The notes: generated by a model from the letters alone, not told the origin. 63,487 nt of DNA, filler included, from Octopus bimaculoides (GCF_001194135.2; 8 parts of 7 records of this genome joined end to end with filler, not necessarily neighbours in it); one strand, 5' to 3'. Counted from the whole stretch's first letter, positions 38,284 to 52,319 are shown. Translations and numbers: made by a program.

Positions 38284-38448
38284 AGTGGCTGTGTGGCAAG
38301 AATCTTACTTCTGAGCTTCCCAGCCACATGGTTTCAAGTTCAGTCCCATTTAATGTCACCTTGAGCAAGTGTATTCTAATACAACTGCAGGCTGAATATT
38401 ACAACATTAGATGGATTCGGTATACGGAAACCGAAAGAAGACCGCCGT
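38284..38448 (+). mobile_element. SINE family A, diverged
   Basis: gtggctgtgtgg..ccacatggttt..gttcagtccc..caccttgagcaagtgt..acggaaaccgaaagaag. Confidence 0.75.
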
Positions 38449-39021
38449 ATATATANNNNNNNNNNNNNNNNNNNNNNNNNNNNNNNNNNNNNNNNNNNNN
38501 NNNNNNNNNNNNNNNNNNNNNNNNNNNNNNNNNNNNNNNNNNNNNNNNNNNNNNNNNNNNNNNNNNNNNNNNNNNNNNNNNNNNNNNNNNNNNNNNNNNN
38601 NNNNNNNNNNNNNNNNNNNNNNNNNNNNNNNNNNNNNNNNNNNNNNNNNNNNNNNNNNNNNNNNNNNNNNNNNNNNNNNNNNNNNNNNNNNNNNNNNNNN
38701 NNNNNNNNNNNNNNNNNNNNNNNNNNNNNNNNNNNNNNNNNNNNNNNNNNNNNNNNNNNNNNNNNNNNNNNNNNNNNNNNNNNNNNNNNNNNNNNNNNNN
38801 NNNNNNNNNNNNNNNNNNNNNNNNNNNNNNNNNNNNNNNNNNNNNNNNNNNNNNNNNNNNNNNNNNNNNNNNNNNNNNNNNNNNNNNNNNNNNNNNNNTA
38901 TATACATGTGTGTATGTATATATATATATACATGTGTGTATGTATATATATATATACATGTGTGTATGTATGTATATATATACATGTGTGTATTTATGTA
39001 TCTATATGTATGTGTGTGTTC

Positions 39022-39180
39022 GTGTGTGTAGCGGTTCGGCAAAAGACAGCGATACAGTAAGTACCATGCTTAGCAAATTTAAGTACTGGAGTCGATTCAT
39101 TTGCCTAAAAGTTGTTTATTTTCGGGAGGTGCACCAGCATGGCTACGATCTAATGATTCCAACAATTAAAAGAATAAAAA
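39022..39180 (+). mobile_element. SINE family B tail
   Basis: agcggttcggcaaaagac..gatacagtaagtacc..tactggagtcgattcat..ggtgcaccagcatggc..aaaagaataaaa. Confidence 0.75.
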
Positions 39181-39239
39181 AGAAAAGGAAGAATGTCAAG
39201 TGTGATAGAAATGTTACACAAGTAGCAATTTACTGCTTC

Positions 39240-40140
39240 TGATGCTGATAGCAACTCATATCCTGGAAATATTTGTTCTGAATATAAATATCAACCTACA
39301 GAATTCCTTTGGAAAAGAAACCAGTTACTCGTGCCTATTTCTTATTCAAGCGAATGGGAAGCAAAGTAAGCGTCGTCGGTTATCCATCGAGGGTCGACCT
39401 TCATTGTTTTTGTTCGGTAATGACCTTTGGCAGTCGTGCATGCGGCCAGTAAGGCTGACACTTGATCTGCAGTAGCAATTAGATCTGCTGCAGTTGAAGC
39501 TGACATCTCTTATGTGCTCCTTCGTGTTCTGTTTGTTGTTTCTTCTCAATGACTGGAACTATGAACATTTGCTGGCTGTTCCCTCCATGGCACCGCAAGG
39601 CCTTCTCCTCCTGGGTATTTGGGGAGGGGCCTCAGTCCTTCATATGTCTCCTCAGCACGTTACTGCTATTTCTGAATATAAATGATAACCTACATAATTC
39701 TTTGAAAGCAGAAACCACTTACTTATACTAATTATTTATTCCTTCGAATGGAAGGTAATAGCTATAGGTCCAACTTCATTGTTCTTTTTCAATAATCATC
39801 TCTGTCAGGTTCGCATATCTGCTACAAGACCTGTTCTTGTTCTTCAGCAGCGATTAGAAGTCCTGCGGGCGAACTTACTTGATGTAACTGAGCGGAGCAG
39901 TGACACCTCTCGTGTGCTCTTTCGTATTCTCTCTGTTGTTTCTCCTCAATGACAAGAATCACAAGCTTTGAAGATGGCTCCATTCATCGCACCGCAGAAC
40001 CCTCTCCTCTCAGGTGTCTGGAGAGATACCGGACTTCTTCATATGTCTTCAGCACATCCCCTATTAATTCCGAATATAATCTTTAACCTACAGAATTCTT
40101 TGGGAAAAGAAACCTCTTACTCATGCTTACATCTTTCGCC
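39240..40140 (-). repeat. Old ~396-bp tandem duplication (about 2.3 copies), possibly an RTE LINE 3' end
   Basis: Anchor acctaca(g/t)aattc at 39294, 39688 and 40086 (periods 394 and 398). Minus-strand peptide SFNCSRSNCYCRSSVSLTGRMHDC resembles the RTE C-terminal Cys/His motif (tentative). Confidence 0.75.
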
Positions 40141-40669
40141 GAACGCAATGCGATAAAGATTAATGACATTTAAACCCTACTTAAAGTTACATAAGTGCAT
40201 ACTGCAAATCTCTAGATCACATTTCCTACCATTAGTTGAACCAAATACTAATTTATATCTTTGCTACACGGATGACAACTCACAGACTGATTAACAGAGG
40301 ATATTGATTGCTGGTGTTTGATATAAATGAGTAGTATAATCTCCCTAAGTGTCTTTCAATTCAAAGTTATATGTAATGTCATGTTTTCCACTTTATCGAA
40401 CCCTTTTTAATCCAAAATCAGAAATTAATGTTTGCCTAAAATTGGGTTCGCTGAAAGTGACTTTGCTGGATAAGCTATCGATTGCATTATTGATGTTTCC
40501 ATCATTATTGATAGCTAAATGTGGATCGTTAAAAGATCCATAATGAAAATGAATTTGCTTTCTTAATTGGAGAAAGACAGCAGTAATGTTGGGAAACGGG
40601 AGGACGAGGAAGGGGACATGGCAACAGCAGTAATGTTGGGAAACATTTTGGATCTGAAGGAATAGGTGA

Positions 40670-40915
40670 GATGCTAAGGCGTTTGGCTAAGTAGTCAGGT
40701 TATTCGGCTCAGGATCGTAAGGTTGTACTTTCGATACCTGGCGACGCAATGTGTCCTTGAGCAAGGCACTTTATTTCACATTGCCCCAGTTCACTCAGCT
40801 GGCAAATTTGAGAAGTATCTGTATTCCAAAGAGTTAGTCTTGTGACATTCTGTGTCAGGTGAATATCCTTGAGAAGTACATAGCGTCTCTGATTGCATGC
40901 TCAGTCATTCGCACA
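40670..40915 (+). mobile_element. tRNA-derived SINE, family D
   Basis: tggctaagtag (A box), tttcgatacc (B box), central tgtgtccttgagcaaggcactttatttcacattgccccag, then ttgtgaca..tgctcag. Confidence 0.8.
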
Positions 40916-42372
40916 CTAATATATATATATATATATATTGGATTGATGCATAATCATCACAGCTTTTTTTTCAACAAATTTTATTCAACAAAAACAATGA
41001 AAACATGTAACAAAACATCTTTAGATGATTATTCCGAAATATATTCACTCTCTACTTCAATTATCGCTTACCATTTGCTTACCGTAAACGTCGGCTTGTC
41101 AATTCGCGTTCAAATATTAATATCTCACTAAAAGAGAAAATTCATGGCACCAGGGGAAGGAATTCAATACATAAACATAACATCGTTTATGTTTTTTTCA
41201 AGAATTTTATGCACAGTAATAGATTTTCTCCACGGAGTCCTATAAGGGTAACTATTGTTTTTAAGCGGGGTAAGATTACTAGGTTTAACAGGATGAAAAA
41301 GATTACCAGGTCTAACAGGATTAAAAAGAAACAACTGGAGGCAAAAAAAAATATGATATTAGTGTTGTGAATTGTAGTTATTCAACCGATTTATACTGAT
41401 ATCCACCTACAATTGTCATTCTACTATTTCTCAGTGCCGAATTGGCTATCATGGAGAGTTAGTGTGTAATTATCAATAATCACTGCCGTTTTTTTTTTAG
41501 ATGATGCAGCATAGCAACGCTCATCATTGTATTTGTTAGTATTGATGGATTAGTAGTTGTTCGTGTTGCAAGTTAACTTATTTTAAATGAATAATAAAAC
41601 AACGATGTTGACCTTGGCGTGATTCGAACTTATAGCATAAAGAGCCGGAGGATATACCACGAGCTAACTGTTTCCAACATTTCTATGGTTCTACCACCCT
41701 AAGGCTTTAAGACAATCCGCGTAGGTATGCCACTGATTTTTCAGAATATACTTAATCGATTATGTGCACCATAGTACTTGACGGCTGCGTTTTTTTAGCT
41801 GTCGGCAAAAACCAAAATCATAGTAGACATGGAAAATATTAATGCAGACTTTATTGGGCTATAACTAATTACCATAAATTATTTTGTCCGATTCTCTAGA
41901 CTGGTCCTCGCAATTAACGACTCTGATTGAAAATACAGCGATGAAATTAAATTTTTCAAATGGAAATTCAATCCAAGATGAAAGTCCTGTATTTCTAACC
42001 TACTTTATGAAATCATAGAAGTCTATAGCGCCTTGCTGAATTTAATTTCAGTATCAATTTTTTTTGGCTAATTACAGAAAATTACTAATGCTAATCCGAA
42101 ATAGTTAGGAATTAATTTCGTAAAAATGCCAGTTCGATGTAATAGGCTTCTATATTTTATTTTAACTATGGCAACTAGCCAACTAATGCACACAGCTAAC
42201 TCTAAAAGTACATTTAAAGATATTTTATAGAATTACAATTTAACATGTTCAACTGAAACTTAATATATATATNNNNNNNNNNNNNNNNNNNNNNNNNNNN
42301 NNNNNNNNNNNNNNNNNNNNNNNNNNNNNNNNNNNNNNNNNNNNNNNNNNNNNNNNNNNNNNNNNNNNNNNN

Positions 42373-42742
42373 TGTTGGCACTCCGTCGCTTACGACGTCG
42401 AGGGTTCCAGTTGATCCGATCAACGGAACAGCCTGCTCGTGAAATTAACGTGCAAGTGGCTGAGCTCTCCACAGGCACGTGTACCCTTAACGTAGTTCTC
42501 GGGGATATTCAGCGTGACACAGAGTGTGACAAGGCTGACCCTTTGAATTACAGGCACAACAGAAACAGGAAAGTTGTGGTGAAAGAGTACAGCAGAGTTT
42601 GCCACCAATCCCTTGCTGGAGCTTCGTGGAACTTTAGGAGTTTTCGCTCAATAAACACTCACAACGCCCGGTCTGGGAATCGAAACCGTGATCCAACGAC
42701 CACGAGTCCGCTGACTTAACCACTGAGCCATTGCGCCTCCAC
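42373..42742 (-). mobile_element. tRNA-derived SINE (family D-related), near full length
   Basis: Minus strand gtggaggcgcaaTGGCTCAGTGGttaag..GGTTTCGATTCC (A and B boxes); 3' end gaaccctcgacgtcgtaagcgacggagtgccaaca. Confidence 0.88.
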
Positions 42743-43079
42743 AGGAGATGATAATAGATAATATAGAACTTGCATATAACAAATTCTCACTTGCTCGCAA
42801 TCAAAACATATCTGTCTTCAGACGCTAAAATATTAATCTTCCTCTCGCGTTAAGTATTAAGCTTTCTCTCTGTCCTCCCCCCTCCCCTCTCTCTCTCTGT
42901 TCCATATTTAATTGTAGCCTGGTGACACAATATTAATATATGACGACAAGTAACAGATTGCCTGTCACAGCCGAACCGGGATCGCGTAGAGCTGTGTACA
43001 TTTACTTCAAATATATTCAAACGATGCGTAAATATCTCAATATTGCCATATTAGATACGTTCCCCTTTTCCTCCACATT

Positions 43080-44602
43080 CTTCCTCAACCTCCTGCTCTT
43101 TCCCCTTCTTCCCCATTTCTTCTTCTTTTTCTTCTTCTTTTACTCCCCATTTTCCCCTCTCCTCCTCTTCTTTCTCTCTTCTTCTTCTTCTTCTACATCT
43201 CCTCCTCCTCCTTCTTCTTCTCTTGCATCTCCTCCCCTCCTGCTACTCCTTTTTTCTACATCTTGTACTTCTAGAATGTTTTCCTCTTCTCTTACATCTT
43301 CCTCCCTTCCTCTTCTTTTTCTTCTGCCTCTTCCTTCTTCTTTTTCTCCTCCTCCTCCTCCTCATTATCATTATCACCATCATTACTGCTGTTGCCATGT
43401 CCCCTTCCTCGTCCTCCCATCCCCCCCCCTTATGTTCTTATTCCTACTAATACTACTTCTCGTACGTCTTCTACTTCTTCCACTCCCCTCCTTCCGCATT
43501 CCGTCAGTCTGGTGATGGCCATCAAAAGACCAAACAATTAATTATCACAGAGAATGGCGTTCAATTTTCATGGCTATTAAACATGGATGATCAACTGTGG
43601 CACCGCAAGCATCGGCGGTCGTGAAGCCGCTGCTAACGCCTCCGATAAGGGGGGAACTATATTTTGATGGCGATTACGATGGCGCTGTTGAAGATGATGA
43701 TGTGAATGATGTTGATGTTGATAATGACAGCGATGATGATAATGATGATGATTTTGATGCTGATTCTGATGATGATGACGGTGATGATGGCTATAAAAGG
43801 GATGACGACTACGACGATGCTGCTGCTGCTGCTGATGATGGTGATGGTGATGACGACGGTGATGACGATGTTGATGAAGGAAGAAGATATGATGAGGTGA
43901 TGAGTATTATGCTGACGACGGCGACGATGATGATGATGATGATGGCGACGGTGACGATGATGATGATGATGATAATGGTGGTGGTGGTGGTGGTGGCAGT
44001 GGTGGTGGTGGTGATGATGATGACGATGACGATGACGGTGACGATGATGCTGATAGTGGTGGTGTTGGTGATAGTGGTGGTTATAATGATGATAATGATG
44101 ATGAGGACGACGATGATGATGATAATGATGATGATGACAATGATGATGGTGATGATGATGAAATACGGAAAAATATGTCATCGGCAGAATTCTAAATAAG
44201 CGTGAATCGCGATGCTGCTGCACCAATTCCATTTACCAAAATTTCCGTTTATTTCAAATTTAACGTCAAAATCTCTTCCTGTGTTTTCTCCAGAGAAATA
44301 TACACAAACACTAAAAAAAATCATTTGTGCTTTAGAATGGATCCATAACTCAATAGATCCACATGTAGTGTTGTTGTTGTTGATGTTGTTGTCGCCATTA
44401 TCTCTGTTGCATATTTCCCAGCATATATTAACGCTCGCCAATGTAGTGGTGCATTCACAACGAATTGGTTTCACAGCAAACCGAAGGTACGGGTTTCGAA
44501 TTCACTAAGATGTGCAGTACATGATGGATGCGTCTTCTGATGTCTTTTCCTGTTGACAGGCTTTCTACCACCACCGCCACCACCAGATCCACAACCACCA
44601 CC

Positions 44603-44641
<39 letters not shown>

Positions 44642-45420
44642 GCTGCTGCTACTACTACTAATGCTACTACCACCACTACTACTACCACAGTTACTAATAC
44701 TACTACTGCTATTATTGCTACTAGTACTACTATTGCTGCTACTACTGATGATGATGATGATGAGGTGGAGGAGGAGGATGATGATGACGACGACGATGAG
44801 GAGGATGATGAGATGATGATGATGATGATGATTATGAAGATGATGACGAAGATAATGATGATAATAACGATGATTACGATGATGATGATGACGATGATTA
44901 GGATGATGATGAGGAGGATGACGATGATGATGATAATGATGACGATGATGATGTTGATGATGATGACGATGATAATGATGATGAGGATGTGGTTGATGAT
45001 AATGATCTTGATGATAATGATGAGGATGTTGATGATGACGACGACGATGGTGACTACAACCGAAATGAGGGCGATGAAAATGTTGAATATAATGACGAGG
45101 ATTATGATGATGATGATGAAGGCGACGATGACAACGATGACGTTGACGATGAAGGAGACGATGATGATAGCGACCACCGCAACGATGATGGTGATGAGGA
45201 GGAGGTGGAGGAGGGAGGGACGATGAAAAAGACGAGGAGGATCATGATATTCATGACGACGACAACGACGGTGTATTTTTATGTTCGTTATCATTAACAT
45301 CTTGTTGGCTGTGTTTACGACGTCAACAATAACAACAACAACAATGCTGACGTCGATAATGATGATGATGATGATGATGATGATAATGATGATGATGATG
45401 ATGATAATGATAACCATGTT
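43080..45420. repeat. Large compound trinucleotide low-complexity block: (CTT/CCT)n, (GAT/GGT)n, (ACT/ACC)n
   Basis: Direct inspection. This block generates the poly-D/M/T/I ORFs in the track. Confidence 0.95.
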
Positions 45421-46109
45421 TAAAGTTTCTCCACAATATGAGAGAATATGTCTCACGTAATTACTTGATTACATGTATGCATGTGTATGTGTGTGTATGC
45501 ATGTACGTACGTATGCATGTATGTATATATGCATGCATGAATGAATGTGTTATGTATATGTGTATCTTTGTATATAAATATGTATGTATTATGTATACAT
45601 GCATCTGTGTGGGGGTATGTATCCATGCATGCATGCATTGTGCATATATGTATGTATATACGTATGTATGCATCTGTGTGTATGCATGTATGTATATGTT
45701 TATCTCTGTATATATGTATTATGTATGTATCCGTGTGGGGGTATGTATGTATGTATGTATGTATGTATGTATGTGTGTATGTATGTTAAACGCATTCATG
45801 TATTCTTAAGCGTTCTCGTTTATATGTGTTTGTTTAATTGACGATGTACATGGGAAGATGTTGGTGCATTGTTACGCATTACGTTTATGCGTACGTATGA
45901 CTTGACTTGATATGTATGCTTTCGTGCATGTGTCTATATGCGTATATGTGTCTATGATTGTGTTTATATCTGTGCGTGTGAGTGTGTGTTTGCTGTACCG
46001 CTTAATTGCATATCTCAGTACAATGCGTACTTTATTAAACTCAAGTCTGTTTCCAAATGTATGCATGCTTATGTGTCTGTATGTGTATATATGTGTGTGT
46101 GTGTATATA

Positions 46110-46167
<58 letters not shown>

Positions 46168-46778
46168 GTTTTCTAATTATTAATGTATGCTCAGGAATAT
46201 GCCTGCATGAATCTGAACTCGTGTGTGTGTGTGTATTTGTGTATGTTTGTGCCTTCTATAACGCTTAATTGAATATATGTGTATTTGGCGTTCATTATTA
46301 AATTTGGGTCTGTTACAGAGCAAGTGTGTGTGAGTATGTGTGTGTGTGTAAATGTATGTAAGTACATATGTGTGTGTTTTTGTAATTACCGCAATATGCG
46401 TGGAAGTATGGCTGTATGAATGTATACTAGTGTCCACGTATGTTTGTGTATTTATGTGTATATGCTTGTGTCTGTGTGTGCATGTGTTAATGACTTTTAT
46501 ATTTAAAATTTATACTGTTTCCTTTCATTTAATTTTATTTACTTCACTTGTTTGTTTTGGGGTTTTTCTTTTCTTCGTTTCGTGGGAACAATTAAACATT
46601 TTAATAAGGATGTTTATGTGTGTGTATGTGTATTTATATAAACGCCTATGAGAAGTTTCTCGTTTAGAGGAGAATATGTATACACAAATTTACGTGCGCG
46701 CGGGTGTATTCGTACGAGTGTGTATGTGTGTATACATATATACACGGACACACACACATATATAGATATATATGTATG

Positions 46779-46835
<57 letters not shown>

Positions 46836-47225
46836 GGACACACACGCACATATAGATATATATGTATGTATGTATATATANNNNNNNNNNNNNNNNNNNN
46901 NNNNNNNNNNNNNNNNNNNNNNNNNNNNNNNNNNNNNNNNNNNNNNNNNNNNNNNNNNNNNNNNNNNNNNNNNNNNNNNNNNNNNNNNNNNNNNNNNNNN
47001 NNNNNNNNNNNNNNNNNNNNNNNNNNNNNNNNNNNNNNNNNNNNNNNNNNNNNNNNNNNNNNNNNNNNNNNNNNNNNNNNNNNNNNNNNNNNNNNNNNNN
47101 NNNNNNNNNNNNNNNNNNNNNNNNNNNNNNNNNNNNNNNNNNNNNNNNNNNNNNNNNNNNNNNNNNNNNNNNNNNNNNNNNNNNNNNNNNNNNNNNNNNN
47201 NNNNNNNNNNNNNNNNNNNNNNNNN

Positions 47226-47258
<33 letters not shown>

Positions 47259-48193
47259 CATTCATACAATTGCATAAACCTGTAAATGCATGTATACACA
47301 TATATATATACACGCATCTGTATATAAATATACATACCACCGACAAACACATGTGCCTGCGTATGTATGTGCATGCGTGTGTGTGTGTGTGTGTGCGTGT
47401 GCGTACGTATTTACGTTTGCGTTTACCAAAACAATTTTCCATTATTTTGTTATTAGAAAAACACACCGTAAACAATTTAAAACACATAAACGTAAATATA
47501 AACAAACACGTAATGGAAGAAGTACACATTAGCACATTTGATCAAAATGTTGTGCACACATACATGTACGCACATATATAAACGTATGCACACACGCACA
47601 TATATGCACACCTATATATACATACATGCACACATAGTAATAAACATACATGCAATCCTATATACACACAATCAAGCGTAAATGCATACAGATACATACA
47701 TATACCTGTACTGAGGAATCCTAATGGATTCAGATATTTAGGAACAAACACGGACAGCTTTCACACACATAAACAAACTCACAGACATACCTGTAGACAC
47801 ATGCTATATACACACAATGATGAATGTGCATAACCGCATACACGTAAAATTATATAGAAATGTAGCGTATATAGTCATATATGTATCTATACACGTTTTA
47901 AAAGCTAATTGATGTATAGGCACATTGAAATTGAAAAAAAAAATATCGAACGCTGTCAAACACAATGTTACTAATAAACTCAAGTGTGTATAAATACGTA
48001 CATTCAAATACATATACATACAAGCATACATACATGCATATATATATATATATATATATNNNNNNNNNNNNNNNNNNNNNNNNNNNNNNNNNNNNNNNNN
48101 NNNTTAATTAATTAANNNNNNNNNNNNNNNNNNNNNNNNNNNNNNNNNNNNNNNNNNNNGTATATATATACGTATACATATATACATATGTAT

Positions 48194-48349
48194 GCGACGG
48201 TATTCTTTCAGACTCCGTCTACCAAATCCATTCATAAAGTTTTGGTCGGCCCGAGGCTATTGTAGAAAGACACTCGCCCAAGGTACCACGCAGTGGGACC
48301 GAACCCGGAACGATGTTGTTTGGAAGCAAACTTCTTATCACACAGCCAT
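48194..48349 (-). mobile_element. SINE family A
   Basis: Reverse complement of the family A head and body (..ggtcggcccgaggcta..gcccaaggtaccacgcagtgggaccgaacccgg..cacacagccatgc). Confidence 0.85.
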
Positions 48350-48849
48350 GCATGTAAAGAAAGAAAAACTAATTTATTATAGACAAATCCCCATGAATAG
48401 CAAGTGCATCTTTTCAGATCTAACGAGTTCCATTTGTATTGTATTATAGTCCGGACATGAGGTCTGTTAGTCAACCGTATACTTCATACTCCTGTTGTGC
48501 ATATACGTTGTGAACTGTTCCAATTGGAAAATATCTTAAACTTAACTTTTCTAAGATTACATAACAACATTGTAAAGACGACGGGGGATTGAAGCAAGAT
48601 GATATCGAAAATAATGTATGTGTAAGGAATAACTTAGTTGAAAACGAAAAATGGACAATCAGCGAATGGGAATGATAAAAATTGCGGAAAAAAAACCAGA
48701 AGTAGAAATTCGAAAATATGATAAACTGTTAATGGGAAAAACCTTTGCGTTGTTGTTCACATATCATAATTAATGAGAGTCCCTTGCCAGAAGCAAAATC
48801 TGTATGCATGTATCTATATATGAATGTGTTTATCCCTCTCTCTCTCTCA

Positions 48850-48881
<32 letters not shown>

Positions 48882-49264
48882 NNNNNNNNNNNNNNNNNNN
48901 NNNNNNNNNNNNNNNNNNNNNNNNNNNNNNNNNNNNNNNNNNNNNNNNNNNNNNNNNNNNNNNNNNNNNNNNNNNNNNNNNNNNNNNNNNNNNNNNNNNN
49001 NNNNNNNNNNNNNNNNNNNNNNNNNNNNNNNNNNNNNNNNNNNNNNNNNNNNNNNNNNNNNNNNNNNNNNNNNNNNNNNNNNNNNNNNNNNNNNNNNNNN
49101 NNNNNNNNNNNNNNNNNNNNNNNNNNNNNNNNNNNNNNNNNNNNNNNNNNNNNNNNNNNNNNNNNNNNNNNNNNNNNNNNNNNNNNNNNNNNNNNNNNNN
49201 NNNNNNNNNNNNNNNNNNNNNNNNNNNNNNNNNNNNNNNNNNNNNNNNNNNNNNNNNNNNNNNN

Positions 49265-49331
<67 letters not shown>

Positions 49332-49948
49332 CACACATACACACGTATTATGTATTTGTTCGTAAGGCGTCAATAAGTAGTATTACCATGGATTTCTGGC
49401 TATATGCACACAATAGAAAAAATATTCCTCTCTATTGTGTTAAGATGTTTGCTGTTAGCAATATAACTCTATATCAACTAGCGGACATTGAAATATCATC
49501 TAATGGACCGTCGTTTACACGTTCACATATCGGGACTTCTCATTAATACGAATGTATAACCAAAATATAAAATAGAGTCAGTTACAAATCATATACTTGT
49601 AAATTTAATTGGATAAACGCAGTGTATTTATAATTTTTAAAAATGTAAATATGTACCACTTTTAAAAATAGAAATGAAAAATCTACAGGGACGATAACTG
49701 AGTTTTGCTTGGTATTATTGTTCACCGTTACAGAGAATTCGGTGACCAAGTCGTCATCACAGATTATCGAAGCATATGTAGTCTTGACTTGAAACGGTTT
49801 CTAAGAGACACGCTTTAACAAATACTAAGTGGTACCACAATTCCAGTGATCTACCAGTACATCTGACACCAACCTCGAAATTCTGGGGCCTCGTGCTATT
49901 GTTAGATAGTAATTGAACCTAAACTAGGTTCCTCTATTCTCTTTACAG

Positions 49949-50046
49949 GTTCTGTTTTCATTCCTCCTGGGTTTCGAGCAAGCCTCTCACCCAGTAAACC
50001 TAGTAGGGTTGCCACTTTAGTCGCCGACGACCCAACCACACAAAAG
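49949..50046 (+). other. Candidate orphan exon: (G)SVFIPPGFRASLSPSKPSRVATLVADDPTTQK
   Basis: Strong acceptor ttcctctattctctttacAG; only one open frame; donor-like AAG|GTTATA at 50047. No homology recognised. Confidence 0.3.
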
Positions 50047-50189
50047 GTTATACTGGATTCAATGTTACCAGTAACACTAATGAGAGATCATTCATGTGAC
50101 CTGACATTTAAAAGGATCCAACACCAAACCTAAAATACAATCCATTCTAGTTACATTTTTAGACAAATGTTATAATACAGGTTTCAAAT

Positions 50190-50335
50190 GTCGGGATTAG
50201 ACCAACAATTGCGGGGACGGAATATAAGTGTTAGACCGACACTAGTGCGCAAGTGGTACTTATTTTATTGGTCCCGAAAAACCTTCGGTTGAATTTGAAC
50301 TCAGAACATAAAGACGGTTGAATACGGTGCTAATA
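50190..50335 (+). mobile_element. Family C repeat, diverged
   Basis: aagtggtacttattttat..gaatttgaactcagaacataaagac. Confidence 0.65.
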
Positions 50336-50637
50336 TTAAGAACACTTGTATCCTTAGTGGGGTTTTTCATTTGTATAAAAGTGTAACTAGAATGGGATAT
50401 TTTTAGGTTTTATGTTGGACCCGTCGAAACAAGTGAATCTCTAGTTTTAGATATCAAATTTTCTTTTCGAAAATATTATGGAAATTTTTTCTGCACATTG
50501 AACAGACGTTTATACAAAAAGTTTGCATCACATATGCGAAGCTTTTGCGGACTGAGAAGATTACAAAATAGATTCTCCTGTCTTACAAAGGGAACTTTTG
50601 GTCTGTACACGCACGCACACACAGAGACACAGACACA

Positions 50638-50753
<116 letters not shown>

Positions 50754-51735
50754 CACACACATACATTTCCGGCACTGTGTTTGCTTTACCAAATTTAATC
50801 CAGAAGGCTTTAGTTAAAAAGTCGCAACACAAGGAGAAAACCAATGGGCTGCGTATTAAGATAAAACCCATAAGCATTTGCTTTAGAAAATAAATTTTGT
50901 ATGATAAAAGCTTTTCCTTGCAGCTACTACGTATGTTATTCACCATAGACTATAATACTGAGAGGTTTGTCTTTATCTCTCTCTCTCTTGTTTTATTCCA
51001 CTCTAAAATATTTTGAAAGGAATATAATTTCTCTCATTTCAATTCCTAACCGGTAAAGTACTTAAATTTGTGTGAGGACTTAAAAGTAAACAGTTACGAT
51101 AGTCTTTAGCGATTAAAATTATTACTATTAGAAGTAAACAGATAGCTAAACGGTTTCAAATTGAAAACATGAACTACCTCATGCACGTCTTTCATCTGCC
51201 TGTAATCTCTTGCCTCGTGATGTAAAAGCAGCTTCTTCTTCACGTTTCCTTACAAATATATGTCTTACAATTACAAAATATATATGTCATATTTTTTCAG
51301 AAATTATGAAAGTTGTCCGATCCCGTTCTACTTCTGTGAATGGGATCGGAGAATGGGGAAAAATATAATGTAGAAATATAACGAGAGAATGAGAATAGAG
51401 TGAATTATATATGGAAATATCTACAACGTTATGTAAAATTGTGTTAGACACACATTTTCCCAAAACGAAATTTACTATGGAAAAGCACAAACTTCTTACA
51501 CATTTCTGGAAATGGCTGAACTTCGCGACATCTCATTTTCACTTATTTGAAATGAACTTTGTTGTCTACTAACCAATGTTAATGAAATTTGTCAAACAAT
51601 TACATAGTGCATACATTTTCACACACACACACACANNNNNNNNNNNNNNNNNNNNNNNNNNNNNNNNNNNNNNNNNNNNTTAATTAATTAANNNNNNNNN
51701 NNNNNNNNNNNNNNNNNNNNNNNNNNNNNNNNNNN

Positions 51736-51771
<36 letters not shown>

Positions 51772-52280
51772 ATTATATACCATATATACAAACAACCTTA
51801 ATCAAAATATATATGTATGTAATGTATGATTGTCTTACAATTACAGAACACCTGGTAAGAGATAACTAAGTTAAGAATACAAAGACTAATTTCTTGGATA
51901 TTAATCATCCAGTCTTATGTGCTTCTCTTTCAATCATGTAAAATCTATAATCTCATTTCAACACTTGTTGCATTTTTAAGGCTTACATTATACCAACTGT
52001 TATGACAAGGAAACAATGTGCATAGTCCGAGTGTGCTAGTTGAAGTTGTTTTCTTTTCTACACGACACAAAATCTAACATGTTGTCATAGCAACTAGTAG
52101 ATCTGCCAGTTTTAATTTAGAATTCAACAGAGAATTGCGAAAAATCTGAATGGCTTAAATATCATGAAGCTGATTTAACTTCAGACACATTCATGCAACG
52201 TGTATATATAAACTTACACACACAGACAAACACACAAGCACACACATCTACACTCTCACACACACCCACTCACACACACA

Positions 52281-52319
<39 letters not shown>

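Noticed and set aside
40395-40570. Minus-strand ~50-aa open frame HFHYGSFNDPHLAINNDGNINNAIDSLSSK..
   Set aside because: Protein-like, but no homology is recognised and the acceptor is weak.
42670-42742. tRNA-like sequence with A and B boxes (also at 28904 and 40670)
   Set aside because: These are SINE heads attached to SINE bodies; no intact cloverleaf is evident.
43597-45456. Poly-Asp/Met/Thr/Ile/His ORFs (43597-44199, 43657-44232, 44455-45456, 44528-45226)
   Set aside because: They are translations of trinucleotide microsatellites, open in several frames and on both strands, with no domain. The same applies to the (CA)n/(TA)n/(ATT)n ORFs elsewhere.
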